55,491 nucleotides of DNA from a virus (Duplodnaviria; Caudoviricetes): IMG/VR virus record IMGVR_UViG_3300021964_004668, positions 1-55,491 of that record; one strand, written 5' to 3'. Position numbers and translations under genes: made by a program. Positions 1-9,546 of the stretch are shown here, piece after piece. Below the pieces are notes generated by a model. It did not search any database. It was given only the letters and a program-made list of their open reading frames with translations, and was not told the DNA's origin. Within the stretch, counting starts at the first letter, position 1. Each line of letters starts with the position of its first letter.

Positions 1-1
1 C

Positions 2-142
2 ACAACCTGTACCCCTTGCCTCGAATGTTCCAAACTTATCTATCAATCAGGAATTGAACGAGTCGTTTACAAAGAACGATATCGAACCGAAGAAGGATTG
101 ACATTTCTACAGAACTGCGGTATCGGGCTGGAACAGCTATGA
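2..142 (+). CDS. dCMP deaminase, C-terminal fragment (starts before window)
   Basis: Frame 2 reads TTCTPCLECSKLIYQSGIERVVY..., the PCxxC zinc motif of dCMP deaminases; TGA overlaps the next ATG. Confidence 0.85.
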   Translation, partial: TTCTPCLECSKLIYQSGIERVVYKERYRTEEGLTFLQNCGIGLEQL

Positions 143-930
143 ACACAGTTCAAGAAATATATCAAGCAGAATTAAGAAAAGTTCTCAGGGCCCGTTTGAG
201 AGGAACCATGTTTCCTACTGACAATGTCTTGTACTTCCCTAATAATATTGATGTCCGTATTTGTCCAAAGAATGGTATGACCACTATTAAGTGGGCCTTA
301 CTCTACGTTCTAAGACTGGACTATGATGCTTCGTCTGCTGCAAGTGTTGAAGATAAGTTTGAGGCCCAGTTATGTGGCACTAAGGGATGGCGAGTACGAG
401 AGATAAAGGAACATGGTTATCAACCTGACCTGCCTTTTAGACAAGAGTCACTAAGAGTCGCAATTTCACGTGACCCGATTGAAAGGTTCCTGTCCGCCTG
501 TGAATATATAAAAACTGAGTACACCAAGTCATCTAACATGTTGACCTCTTCGGGAACACTTGACAAAGAGTCTCTTGAGGCATTGGGTAAGATGTCTGAC
601 CTTGATGATTTGCCTGACAACTTGGATGATATCATTGATGGCGTTTGGTCTGGTGATATTCACAATAGTCACTTCTATACGCAGACACATTTTTACGGCA
701 ACCGTGGGCAATATGATGAAATTTTTCAGATGCAAGACTTTGCGGAATTTTTAGAATGGTTGCGAAAGAAGACGGGGTCTAATCGAAAAATCGATAAGAT
801 TCACTCTAACTCAACATCTGGTCTTTGGTTTGGTAGTAAAAATGACTTGACAGAAGATCAGAAAAAGCGTATAATGAGAATCTACGCAGAGGACTATGAT
901 TATGGCTGGACAGAAGATGAACCCCTTTAA
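139..930 (+). CDS. sulfotransferase family protein
   Basis: PAPS-binding motifs CPKNGMTT (5'-PSB) and RDPIERFLSA (3'-PB). Confidence 0.75.
   Translation: MNTVQEIYQAELRKVLRARLRGTMFPTDNVLYFPNNIDVRICPKNGMTTIKWALLYVLRLDYDASSAASVEDKFEAQLCGTKGWRVREIKEHGYQPDLPFRQESLRVAISRDPIERFLSACEYIKTEYTKSSNMLTSSGTLDKESLEALGKMSDLDDLPDNLDDIIDGVWSGDIHNSHFYTQTHFYGNRGQYDEIFQMQDFAEFLEWLRKKTGSNRKIDKIHSNSTSGLWFGSKNDLTEDQKKRIMRIYAEDYDYGWTEDEPL
847..875 (+). promoter_or_regulatory. sigma70-type early promoter upstream of gp62
   Basis: TTGACA-17nt-TATAAT, exact consensus, inside the 3' end of the preceding gene. Confidence 0.75.
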
Positions 931-1294
931 TTATGTAAACAGTATTAACCTGTCTAAGAAAGACATCATGGTTACGGCTGATGATGAGAAAGCATACAAC
1001 TCTTTCATGGTCAATCGATCCCTTTCATACTTTTCCGACACCGCTGTCATCGCAAACGAGATGAACAGGTATCACCAACTGGACTCGCGTCTACAATATC
1101 AGTTTCTTATAAATATGGTAAGGAAACGAAAGCGTTTCTCCAAGTGGGTAAAACCTGACGTAGAAAACGACCTTGAGTCGGTGAAAGAATACTATGGATA
1201 CAGTAATGAAAAGGCACGACAAATCCTATCTCTTCTCACACCTTCTCAGATCAAAGCGATAAAGAATAAGGTGTATAAAGGTGGAAGAAAATAA
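917..1294 (+). CDS. gp62: clamp loader small subunit (T4 gp62-like)
   Basis: MNPFNYVNSIN..., YNSFMVNRSLSYF, RKRKRFSKW, YYGYSNEKA; lies directly before regA as in T4; start placed at ATG 917. Confidence 0.9.
   Translation: MNPFNYVNSINLSKKDIMVTADDEKAYNSFMVNRSLSYFSDTAVIANEMNRYHQLDSRLQYQFLINMVRKRKRFSKWVKPDVENDLESVKEYYGYSNEKARQILSLLTPSQIKAIKNKVYKGGRK
1108..1115 (+). promoter_or_regulatory. possible T4-type late promoter inside gp62, upstream of regA
   Basis: TATAAATA. Confidence 0.45.
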
Positions 1295-1691
1295 ATTAGT
1301 TTCATGGAGTCCAGTGAATATGCTAGAGATCACTCTAGCTGAACCCGATGACTTCCTCAAAGTCCGTGAGACGTTGACCCGTATCGGTGTAGCGTCACGC
1401 AAAGAACAAAAACTATTCCAGTCGTGCCACATCCTGCATAAACAGGGGCGATACTATATTGTCCATTTCAAAGAACTGTTTATGCTTGATGGTAAGAAGG
1501 CCAACCTAGAAGAGAGTGATGTGCAGCGTAGGAATACAATCGCAACACTGTTATCTGACTGGGGTCTGGTCGAGATCCAGAACAAGGAAGTGGCACAAGA
1601 CTGTGCGCCTCTACGTCAAATCAAGATCATTGGATACAAGGACAAGAGTGAATGGGAACTGTGTCCTAAGTACAACATCGGGAACAAATGA
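1281..1691 (+). CDS. regA: translational repressor RegA
   Basis: PDDFLKVRETLTRIGVAS, LFQSCHILHKQGRYYIVHFKELF, KYNIG; GTG start. Confidence 0.97.
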   Translation: MEENKLVSWSPVNMLEITLAEPDDFLKVRETLTRIGVASRKEQKLFQSCHILHKQGRYYIVHFKELFMLDGKKANLEESDVQRRNTIATLLSDWGLVEIQNKEVAQDCAPLRQIKIIGYKDKSEWELCPKYNIGNK

Positions 1692-2251
1692 TTGGGTTTG
1701 CTGAACACCTAGATGAGATCAGACAAAAGAAGCATTGGTGGACTAAGACGGATTTTGATATCACTTGGGACGAAATGCTTCGTCTGGTTGACACTCATCC
1801 AGAACGGTTATATGACTGGAACCGAGAGAAACAACGGCTGGGTCTGAACGAGTTTCACACAAGGCCGTCTGCTCCTCAGTTCGCAAAAGATGTTGTTGCG
1901 GAGATGCATGAACTCTTTGCTGAACCCGCACCCAAGAAAGAAAAATACGATAAGGGACATCCCCATGTTACGAACATTGCTTTCTGTGGATTCGGACAGT
2001 ACTCTGGATCTTACCCTAGACATGCGGATAGCATGGATGTTTTTCTAGTCCAGATACTTAATCCTTGTAAGATTACCATAGGGCAATCCGAAGAACCTAG
2101 AAACACTGATGACATACATATTATGCAGCCAGGCGATGCCGTGTGGTTGCCACGGGGTACATGGCACCAACTTGAACCCAGTGTATCACGGGTCACATTC
2201 TCATTTGGATTTGAGAGTGACCCTGATTGCGATCCAGCCAGTTTCGTTTAG
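1688..2251 (+). CDS. JmjC/cupin-like 2OG-Fe(II) oxygenase
   Basis: HxD (HADSMD) and distal PGDAVWLPRGTWH motif. Confidence 0.7.
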   Translation: MIGFAEHLDEIRQKKHWWTKTDFDITWDEMLRLVDTHPERLYDWNREKQRLGLNEFHTRPSAPQFAKDVVAEMHELFAEPAPKKEKYDKGHPHVTNIAFCGFGQYSGSYPRHADSMDVFLVQILNPCKITIGQSEEPRNTDDIHIMQPGDAVWLPRGTWHQLEPSVSRVTFSFGFESDPDCDPASFV

Positions 2252-2264
2252 AAATACTGGATCG

Positions 2265-2272
2265 TATAAATA
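2265..2272 (+). promoter_or_regulatory. T4-type late promoter for hsp20
   Basis: Intergenic TATAAATA. Confidence 0.8.
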
Positions 2273-2275
2273 AGG

Positions 2276-2328
2276 TCGGAATGCCGAATGATTCGGGTTC
2301 CGATTTGATCTTGCTAAACATAGGAGAT
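2276..2328 (+). promoter_or_regulatory. ROSE-like RNA thermometer in hsp20 5' UTR
   Basis: 5' hairpin (TCGGAA..CCGAA-TGA-TTCGG.TTCCGA), then ATCTTGCT (2308-2315) pairing with AGGAGAT (2322-2328), which covers the SD and leaves a bulged G. Confidence 0.7.
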
Positions 2329-2336
2329 ATAGCGAC

Positions 2337-2753
2337 ATGACACACCTAAAAGTAGGTAAACAACTCTTTCCGAAATCCGCGTTCATTGGTTTCGACCATT
2401 TGTTCAACGAACTGGAATACGCAACGAAACATGCTAATGACAACTATCCGCCTCACAATATTATCAAAGAGACGGATGATGAGTTTGTTATTGAGGTTGC
2501 TGTTGCGGGATTCAAACAGGAACACATCAACGTAGAACAGAAAGAGCGTTCACTCACGATTACAGGCGAATCTGATACAGACGAGAGGGAGGTTATCCAT
2601 CGTGGAATATCTACCCGCAACTTCAAGCGTCAGTTTCGATTATCGGAGTATGTCCAAGTAACCGGAGCCTCTCTAAAGGACGGTATTCTTGCAGTAACCT
2701 TGAAGTTAGAAATCCCAGAAGAGAAGCAGCCTCGTAAAATCAAAATCGATTAA
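2337..2753 (+). CDS. hsp20: small heat shock protein Hsp20 (IbpA-like)
   Basis: FIGFDHLF, YPPHNI, IEVAVAGF, HRGISTRNFKRQFRL, ASLKDGIL, IPEEKQPRKIKI. Confidence 0.95.
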   Translation: MTHLKVGKQLFPKSAFIGFDHLFNELEYATKHANDNYPPHNIIKETDDEFVIEVAVAGFKQEHINVEQKERSLTITGESDTDEREVIHRGISTRNFKRQFRLSEYVQVTGASLKDGILAVTLKLEIPEEKQPRKIKID

Positions 2754-2765
2754 CGGGGATAAAAA

Positions 2766-2849
2766 ATGAAAGTAATCTCAAAATCTGAGATGACGTTGTT
2801 CGCAGTAGTCGCCTTTGCGATGGCACTGTGTTTCCAACCGATTCTCTAA
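2766..2849 (+). CDS. 27-aa hydrophobic peptide
   Basis: MKVISKSEMTLFAVVAFAMALCFQPIL*, preceded by GGGGA, lying between hsp20 and a terminator. Confidence 0.5.
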   Translation: MKVISKSEMTLFAVVAFAMALCFQPIL

Positions 2850-2855
2850 AAAATC

Positions 2856-2885
2856 AGGGGGCGGGAAACTGCCCCCTTTCTTGTT
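2856..2885 (+). terminator. Rho-independent terminator
   Basis: AGGGGGCGG-GAAA-CTGCCCCCT stem-loop followed by TTCTTGTT. Confidence 0.85.
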
Positions 2886-3629
2886 ATGAAAGCATACATG
2901 TTAGCCAACCTAGACGATCCAATCTCTGTACAATACACAGAGATAGCACTGGAGTCATGGGCGAAACAATACATCCTTGACATCGAAGTCGTACAGTGTT
3001 ATACTCCCGATACGATTGCTGATCTCGAACCCCTATACAACTGGAAACCTTTACTCCACGGATTGCAGAGAGGTGAGAACAGTAGTCCGTCTGAACGAGC
3101 AGGAGACATCTCGCATTGGCAGCTTCTACATAAACGTGCAGAGGGTGGGGCACGATTCTATGTGATGGAACATGATTCGTATTTGTTGGACGCTGATGAG
3201 TTTGAACGACAGTTTGATTTTACGATGGAACACAACCTGGCTTATGCCAACCATGGATTGTTCATGTCCTGTTACTCTGTGTCCGAAGATGCTGCGAAGT
3301 ACATGACACACTTATTATTGAAACGAGGATTCCCACTGAACGGTGGGCCCTTTGGATGCATGGAGAGACTGGTTAAGACCTACATGTCAGACAACCCATC
3401 TAATGCTGGATTCCGGTGGATGTGCCACCACCCTAATGCAGACCATGTAAACGTGGGTGGTTCGTCCGAGGCACTACGTGACACCTACAACTTTTATGCA
3501 AAAGAGAAGACACCCTTCACTCTTGCTTCTACTCAAGTGATATCCAAGTCTTTTGGTATCACGCAGGCCCATCACGGGATGAACAAACCCCCATGGGAAA
3601 GGAGTCCATATTTCAAAATTATTGATTGA
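2886..3629 (+). CDS. glycosyltransferase family 25-like protein
   Basis: ISHWQLL and VMEHDS motifs resemble GT25 SH..LW / LEDD. Confidence 0.55.
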   Translation: MKAYMLANLDDPISVQYTEIALESWAKQYILDIEVVQCYTPDTIADLEPLYNWKPLLHGLQRGENSSPSERAGDISHWQLLHKRAEGGARFYVMEHDSYLLDADEFERQFDFTMEHNLAYANHGLFMSCYSVSEDAAKYMTHLLLKRGFPLNGGPFGCMERLVKTYMSDNPSNAGFRWMCHHPNADHVNVGGSSEALRDTYNFYAKEKTPFTLASTQVISKSFGITQAHHGMNKPPWERSPYFKIID

Positions 3630-3654
3630 CATTCCTCGTCCGATGGTGTATAAT
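3626..3654 (+). promoter_or_regulatory. sigma70-type promoter for DNA polymerase
   Basis: TTGACA-17nt-TATAAT, exact consensus. Confidence 0.85.
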
Positions 3655-3677
3655 GTCCGTCTAATTATGAGGTGATA

Positions 3678-6164
3678 ATGAAGTTCTACACATCAGTACA
3701 ACGATACGGCAACACGATCCTCTATCGTGGATACCAAGACGGTGAACGTGTTAAGAAACGTGTTCCGTTCAAACCAACACTATATGTGTCATCACAAACA
3801 CCATCTAAGGGTACACTGTCCCCTTGGAAGACCCTTGACGATAAATCGGTTGCACCAATAGAGTTTGACTCTATGCGAGACGCGACTGACTTCATCAAGC
3901 AATACGAACATGTTCCTACCATGAAGGTCTATGGTATGAACAACTTCATCAACCAATTCATCACACAAGAGTTCCCCAAAGACATCGCCTTTGATCGTGA
4001 CCAGATCGTTGTGTCTACTATCGACATTGAGGTACAGTCTGACGAGGGATTCCCCGAACCTGACAAAGCAAACTATCCCATCATCTCTATCTGTACCAAG
4101 GCCAGCAACGAGGAGTTCTTTCGTGTCTGGGGTCTGGGTGAATACACTCCTAACGAGAATACAATCTATAACCAATGCGACACAGAGTTGCAACTGATTG
4201 ATTCCTTTCTGAACTACTGGCAGAACCATGGTTCGCCCGATGTGGTGACTGGCTGGAACTCCAAAGGATTCGACATCCCCTATCTTGTAAACAGAACAAG
4301 GAAGGTCATCGGTGAGGAGTCGGTCAAACGATTCTCACCTTGGGGTGTGGTCAGTGCTCGTAAGGTTCGCGCAAACAAGTTTGGTATGAACGAGACTGAC
4401 ACCTATGACATCATGGGTATCGCGCAGTTGGATTACTATGACCTGTTCAAGAAGTTCACCTACAATACTCTGGGTCAGCAAGAGTCCTATCGATTGGATC
4501 ACATTGCTCATGTGGTGTTGGGTGAACGTAAACTGTCCTACGAGGAACATGGTAACCTGTACACTCTGTACAAGGAAGACCACCAGAAGTTCATTGACTA
4601 CAACATCAAAGACGTTGACCTTGTAGACAAACTTGAAGAGAAGTTAGGCATCCTGACCCTCGCAATGACCATGGCATATCGTGGTGGTGTGAACTATGAG
4701 GATGTGCTGGGTACGACTGCGATCTGGGACAGTATCCTCTATCGACTCTTGCATAACAAGAAGGTGGTCGTACCACCCAAGATTGAGAAGCCCAAGGGCG
4801 ACTATGCTGGTGGTTATGTGAAGGAACCCCAAGTAGGTTCACATGATTGGGTAACCTCTTTCGATTTGAACTCTCTATATCCCAACATCATTGTTCAATA
4901 CAACATGTCTCCCGAAACTGTGGTCGATGGTCTGGTGCACACTAGTGTGGAACACATGTTGCGTGGCATGACAGAACACGATGGTAAGTATGCCTTGGCA
5001 CCAAGTGGTGTCAGGTTCTCTCGTGAGAAGGAGGGAGTGATTCCCAGTATCATTCGTCAGTACTACAGTGAACGACGAACCATCAAAGACGAGATGTTGA
5101 AGGCGCAACAAGAGTACGAACAGAATCCTAGTAGGGAACTGTCCAATAAGATTGCGACTCTTGACAATCAACAGATGTCGATCAAGATTCTGATGAACAG
5201 TCTCTATGGTGCGTTGGGTAATCGGTGGTTCCGATACTTCGATCAACGTGTCGCTGAGTCCATCACTCTGGCTGGTCAACTGTCTATCAAGTGGGCAGAA
5301 CGTGCGGTCAATCGTGAGATGAACAAACTTCTCTCTACCGATGACGAGGACTATGTGATTGCGATTGACACCGACTCAGTCTACATTCGCATGGGTACTC
5401 TGGTCGATAAGTTCAACCCCAAAGATCCGGTCAAGTTCTTGGATAAGATTTGTGCAGAACACTTTGAGAAAGTTCTGGAGAAGACCTATCAAGAACTAGC
5501 AGACTATACCAGTGCGTATGTCAACCGCATGGAAATGGGACGCGAGGTTATCGCTGACCGTGGCATCTGGGTCGCAAAGAAACGATACATCTTGAATGTA
5601 CACAACTCCGAGGGTGTGCAGTTCGCAGAACCCAAACTCAAGATGATGGGTATCGAAGCCATCAAGTCATCTACTCCGATGGTAGTGCGTGACAAGATGA
5701 AAGAGATGTTCCGCATACTGGTGGATGGATCTGAGTCCAAGACACAGAACTTCATCACCAAGTTCCGCAATGAGTTCTCTGCCCTACCTGCCGAGGATAT
5801 CTCTTTTCCCCGTGGAGTGAGTGACGTTGATAAGTGGATGGATCGTAAGGAGATCTACAAGAAGGGTACACCCATCCACGTGCGTGGTGCTCTGTTGTAC
5901 AATCACCACACCAAGGGCATGTCTCGTTATGAAACAGTGAAGAATGGTGAGAAGGTCAAGTTCGTCTATCTCAAGACACCTAACCCTATCAAGGAGAATG
6001 TCATCTCCTATCCGGTCAACCTGCCTCGTGAACTAGCACTTGATAAGTATATTGACTATGACAAGATGTTCGAGAAGACATTCCTTGATCCTCTCGAACC
6101 CATACTGGACGCAGTCGGTTGGACGGCTGAACCCCAAGCAACACTGGAGGACTTCTTCGGATGA
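3678..6164 (+). CDS. gp43: family B DNA polymerase (T4 gp43-like)
   Basis: Exonuclease motifs [20 protein letters not shown]; polymerase motifs [30 protein letters not shown]. Confidence 0.98.
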   Translation: MKFYTSVQRYGNTILYRGYQDGERVKKRVPFKPTLYVSSQTPSKGTLSPWKTLDDKSVAPIEFDSMRDATDFIKQYEHVPTMKVYGMNNFINQFITQEFPKDIAFDRDQIVVSTIDIEVQSDEGFPEPDKANYPIISICTKASNEEFFRVWGLGEYTPNENTIYNQCDTELQLIDSFLNYWQNHGSPDVVTGWNSKGFDIPYLVNRTRKVIGEESVKRFSPWGVVSARKVRANKFGMNETDTYDIMGIAQLDYYDLFKKFTYNTLGQQESYRLDHIAHVVLGERKLSYEEHGNLYTLYKEDHQKFIDYNIKDVDLVDKLEEKLGILTLAMTMAYRGGVNYEDVLGTTAIWDSILYRLLHNKKVVVPPKIEKPKGDYAGGYVKEPQVGSHDWVTSFDLNSLYPNIIVQYNMSPETVVDGLVHTSVEHMLRGMTEHDGKYALAPSGVRFSREKEGVIPSIIRQYYSERRTIKDEMLKAQQEYEQNPSRELSNKIATLDNQQMSIKILMNSLYGALGNRWFRYFDQRVAESITLAGQLSIKWAERAVNREMNKLLSTDDEDYVIAIDTDSVYIRMGTLVDKFNPKDPVKFLDKICAEHFEKVLEKTYQELADYTSAYVNRMEMGREVIADRGIWVAKKRYILNVHNSEGVQFAEPKLKMMGIEAIKSSTPMVVRDKMKEMFRILVDGSESKTQNFITKFRNEFSALPAEDISFPRGVSDVDKWMDRKEIYKKGTPIHVRGALLYNHHTKGMSRYETVKNGEKVKFVYLKTPNPIKENVISYPVNLPRELALDKYIDYDKMFEKTFLDPLEPILDAVGWTAEPQATLEDFFG

Positions 6165-6481
6165 AACCTAATAATAGAACTAACCATACAGACCCGCATT
6201 CTGGGAAGAGGATGTTTATTAGAGGTGGAGGGAGAAAGAGTGATAGACCATTAGACTCTTTTGATTTTGATATTGATAAACATCATTTGGATAATAATGA
6301 ATGGCTACAGGATAATGATTGGGATAACAAAAAAAAGTTAAAGTTTTCTGAAGGCACAATGAGAAAACATTTGAAAAAATATATGAAAAAAAGCGTCCGA
6401 AGAAACTACAGTGGAGTAGATGAGAGGTTTGTTGATGATCCCGAACTTTTCAAACTTTATCTAGAGGATATGTTGTCATGA
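6161..6481 (+). CDS. hypothetical protein (AT-rich)
   Basis: 106-aa ORF overlapping both neighbours by ATGA. Confidence 0.6.
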   Translation: MKPNNRTNHTDPHSGKRMFIRGGGRKSDRPLDSFDFDIDKHHLDNNEWLQDNDWDNKKKLKFSEGTMRKHLKKYMKKSVRRNYSGVDERFVDDPELFKLYLEDMLS

Positions 6482-6708
6482 AAACAAGAATCCATGTCAA
6501 TCAACATAAGATTCGTTCTAACAAGAAACACGGTGACCGAGAACCTGTCATCACCGTGAAGGACTATAAGAATAATCGATACACCGATACGGCCATCATC
6601 CGTGATGCGGATGGCAACGAGGTCGCACGTGTAGTCTATTCCCCCGACAAGCCACTGTCCTGTGGTGCTAGAGTCTGGATTGAAACTGATTTGGAAGTTA
6701 GTACTTGA
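6478..6708 (+). CDS. hypothetical phage protein
   Basis: [13 protein letters not shown]...PLSCGARVWIET; upstream GAGGA; ATGA overlap. Confidence 0.7.
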   Translation: MKTRIHVNQHKIRSNKKHGDREPVITVKDYKNNRYTDTAIIRDADGNEVARVVYSPDKPLSCGARVWIETDLEVST

Positions 6709-6733
6709 CAAGTCCTGCCCGATCTGTTACTAT
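6705..6733 (+). promoter_or_regulatory. sigma70-type promoter, probably giving a leaderless mRNA
   Basis: TTGACA-17nt-TACTAT; ATG follows 6 nt later with no SD. Confidence 0.65.
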
Positions 6734-6739
6734 ACCACA

Positions 6740-7696
6740 ATGAAATATTCTCTTACGATATTCAAAAATACGTATGACAACCAGACTCACCGGAGGATGG
6801 AGTTCGATACGTGGGATAAGTTTGAGAACTTACTTTATGAACTATCCCAAAAGGAGGGTAGAAAAGGTGGAAGTAATTCTTCTGTGCTTATTAGTCCTGC
6901 TACTTATCACACCGATACTACACGGTCTAATAAAAGTGTTGCTCTATGGGGCGGTTGGGCTTGTCTTGATGTCGATGATTATGTGGTACGGGGTGATCCT
7001 GTTCTAACACCCGTCGAGTGTCTACAACAAGACCTACAAGAGAAGTTTGGTAGGTTCTACTATGTGTGTTACAATACCGCATCGTCAACCTACGAGCAAC
7101 CCAAGTTCCGTCTGGTGTTCCCTTTGACTCGTACTGTCGAGAGCAAAGATCTGGCACACTTCTGGTTTTCCATGAACAAACAGTTTGATGAACTTGGTGA
7201 CAAACAGACCAAAGACCTGTCCCGTATGTACTATGTCCCCGCACAGTATCCAGACGCATACAGTTTCATCTTCACTAATGATGGGGTCAAACTAGACCCT
7301 GATATGTTGATGAACAAGTACTCGTTTGTTGAACCGCAAGGTAAGACATTCATGGACAGACTCCCGCCTGAGTTGCAGAAGGCTGTGATCGAACATCGTA
7401 AGAACTCGCTGGACAATACGGATATCACTTGGACATCCTATCATGATTGTCCCTTCTTTCCCAAGCGACTGACCCTAGAGTATCGAGCAATCACTGGTAC
7501 TGGTTGGTATCACAAGATGTATCAGATCATGATTGCTATCGCGGGTAATGCTGTCTCCAAGGGTTATCCGATTACTGCGGGTCAGATTGCACAGATGTGT
7601 AGTGAGTTAGATCGCGAGACTGGTAACTGGTATGAAAACAGACCTCTAGATAAAGAGGCGGATAGAGCATTAGAATACATTTATAGGAACGGATGA
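6740..7696 (+). CDS. AEP-superfamily primase/primpol-like protein
   Basis: hhDhD motif (CLDVDD), YNTASS, KFRLVFPL, DLSRMYYVP, helical C-terminal domain; start placed at ATG 6740. Confidence 0.6.
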   Translation: MKYSLTIFKNTYDNQTHRRMEFDTWDKFENLLYELSQKEGRKGGSNSSVLISPATYHTDTTRSNKSVALWGGWACLDVDDYVVRGDPVLTPVECLQQDLQEKFGRFYYVCYNTASSTYEQPKFRLVFPLTRTVESKDLAHFWFSMNKQFDELGDKQTKDLSRMYYVPAQYPDAYSFIFTNDGVKLDPDMLMNKYSFVEPQGKTFMDRLPPELQKAVIEHRKNSLDNTDITWTSYHDCPFFPKRLTLEYRAITGTGWYHKMYQIMIAIAGNAVSKGYPITAGQIAQMCSELDRETGNWYENRPLDKEADRALEYIYRNG

Positions 7697-8634
7697 TGAG
7701 AATATTAATCACGGGTGCTGCCGGATTCATCGGCACTCACCTCATGGCTTCACTAATTGATGATGGGTTTGATGTCGTTGGTATCGACAACTTCAACGAC
7801 TTCTATGATCCCAATCTCAAGAAGGTCAGAGTTATTTCACATGGTCACCATGTGTTTCCGTGTGACCTCAAAAACTTTGATGAGTTGGATCGTGCATTCG
7901 CTGTAATCAAACCGGATATGGTAATGCACCTTGCTGCTCGTGCTAATGTACGAGACTCGTTTGGTAGGGAGGTGATGTATCACCAAGACAACATCGATGC
8001 TACTCAGAACTTGATCCAAGTCTGTAAGATGTATGATGTGAACAAGGTCATCTATGCATCCACTAGTTCAGTCTACGGTGGTACACCTATTCCTCCCACA
8101 GGCTGGACTGAGGATGAAGTGACCGGACACCAGTTGAATGCCTATGCCTACACCAAGTACATCAACGAATGTCAGTTCCGTATCTCTGGCCTGTACAATG
8201 TGGGACTTCGATTCTTCACAGTCTATGGCCCGTGGGGCAGACCAGACATGGCACTATTCCAATTTACCGATGCGATTGTCAAGGGTGAACCTATTGAGGC
8301 ATACAACTACGGTAAGATGAAACGAGATTTTACCTATATCGGTGATATTGTTCAGGGTATCAAACTCGCAATGTTTTCTGATACCGAGAACAATGAGATC
8401 TACAATATCGGTAGGGGCAAACAGGTTGAGTTGATGCACTTTATCGACTGCATAAGTAATGAACTGGGAAGAGAGGCAGATGTGGTTCTCGCTCCTCGTC
8501 ATCCCGCTGACACTCTAGAGACTTGGAGTGACACGACAAAACTGAGAGGACTTGGGTATCAACCCATCGTGAACATTGAGGAAGGTGTCGCCGCCTTTGT
8601 TCGATGGTATAAAGAATATTACGGAGTAAACTAA
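7693..8634 (+). CDS. NAD-dependent epimerase (UDP-glucuronate 4-epimerase-like)
   Basis: GAAGFIG, YASTSSVYG, YAYTK, FFTVYGPWGRPDMA, RDFTYIGD. Confidence 0.9.
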   Translation: MMRILITGAAGFIGTHLMASLIDDGFDVVGIDNFNDFYDPNLKKVRVISHGHHVFPCDLKNFDELDRAFAVIKPDMVMHLAARANVRDSFGREVMYHQDNIDATQNLIQVCKMYDVNKVIYASTSSVYGGTPIPPTGWTEDEVTGHQLNAYAYTKYINECQFRISGLYNVGLRFFTVYGPWGRPDMALFQFTDAIVKGEPIEAYNYGKMKRDFTYIGDIVQGIKLAMFSDTENNEIYNIGRGKQVELMHFIDCISNELGREADVVLAPRHPADTLETWSDTTKLRGLGYQPIVNIEEGVAAFVRWYKEYYGVN

Positions 8635-9546
8635 ATGGCTGATGATGGTATGCGAAACATTAATCCTGACGGAACTGTGCAGGAGGTAATGGGCAAATTG
8701 AAGATTGGTATTGTGGGTCACGGGTTTGTAGGTGGTGCGGTGGACTACGCATTCACTCACCCTGAGATCGACAAGTTCTATGTTGACCCCAAGTACAATA
8801 CTACGATTGATGACTTGGTCGAGTGGGGGCCTCACATCTCATTCATCTGTGCACCGACACCGATGGCTGACAGTGGATTCATCGATGCCTCTATCGTAGA
8901 AGATGCGGCACTGAAACTTCTTGAACACACCGAAGGTGGTGTCGTTGTCAAATCAACAATCACCCCCGATATCGTGGATCGATTGTACTCCTCTATCTTT
9001 GAAGAGGACATCAAACGACTGACAATCAATCCTGAGTTCTTGACTGAGTCTAGTGCAAAGGAAGCGTTTGTCAATGCTGACTATCATATTATTGGTGGAC
9101 ATCCCGATGCCTGTCAGGGACTTGCACAACTCTATGATGTGTACAGTTTGTGTAACGCAACTGAATTCATCTTCTGTTCTGGCCCTGAAGCGGCATTCAT
9201 CAAATATGGTGTGAACTCTTATCTTGCTATGAAAGTAACATACTTCAACCAGATGTATGATGCGATTCAGAAGTTTGGTTGTAACTATCCCACAGTCGCA
9301 AAGGCGATTGGTCGAGATCCTAGAATTGGTATCGGTCACACCCGTGTGCCTGGCTACGATGGTAAACGTGGATTCGGTGGTGCTTGTTTCCCCAAGGACA
9401 CCCGTGCATTTAATTTGTTTGATCCAGACTTGACATTGATTGAAAAATGTGTTAAGATAAACAACGATTATCGCAAACAATATGAACTAGATGACCGTGA
9501 GGAGTCAAACAATGTCGATTATGGACAAACTAAAGAAGAACAGTAA
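8635..9546 (+). CDS. UDP-glucose 6-dehydrogenase-like protein (short form, no C-terminal domain)
   Basis: GHGFVG, CAPTP, VKSTI, NPEFL, GFGGACFPKD. Confidence 0.88.
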   Translation: MADDGMRNINPDGTVQEVMGKLKIGIVGHGFVGGAVDYAFTHPEIDKFYVDPKYNTTIDDLVEWGPHISFICAPTPMADSGFIDASIVEDAALKLLEHTEGGVVVKSTITPDIVDRLYSSIFEEDIKRLTINPEFLTESSAKEAFVNADYHIIGGHPDACQGLAQLYDVYSLCNATEFIFCSGPEAAFIKYGVNSYLAMKVTYFNQMYDAIQKFGCNYPTVAKAIGRDPRIGIGHTRVPGYDGKRGFGGACFPKDTRAFNLFDPDLTLIEKCVKINNDYRKQYELDDREESNNVDYGQTKEEQ

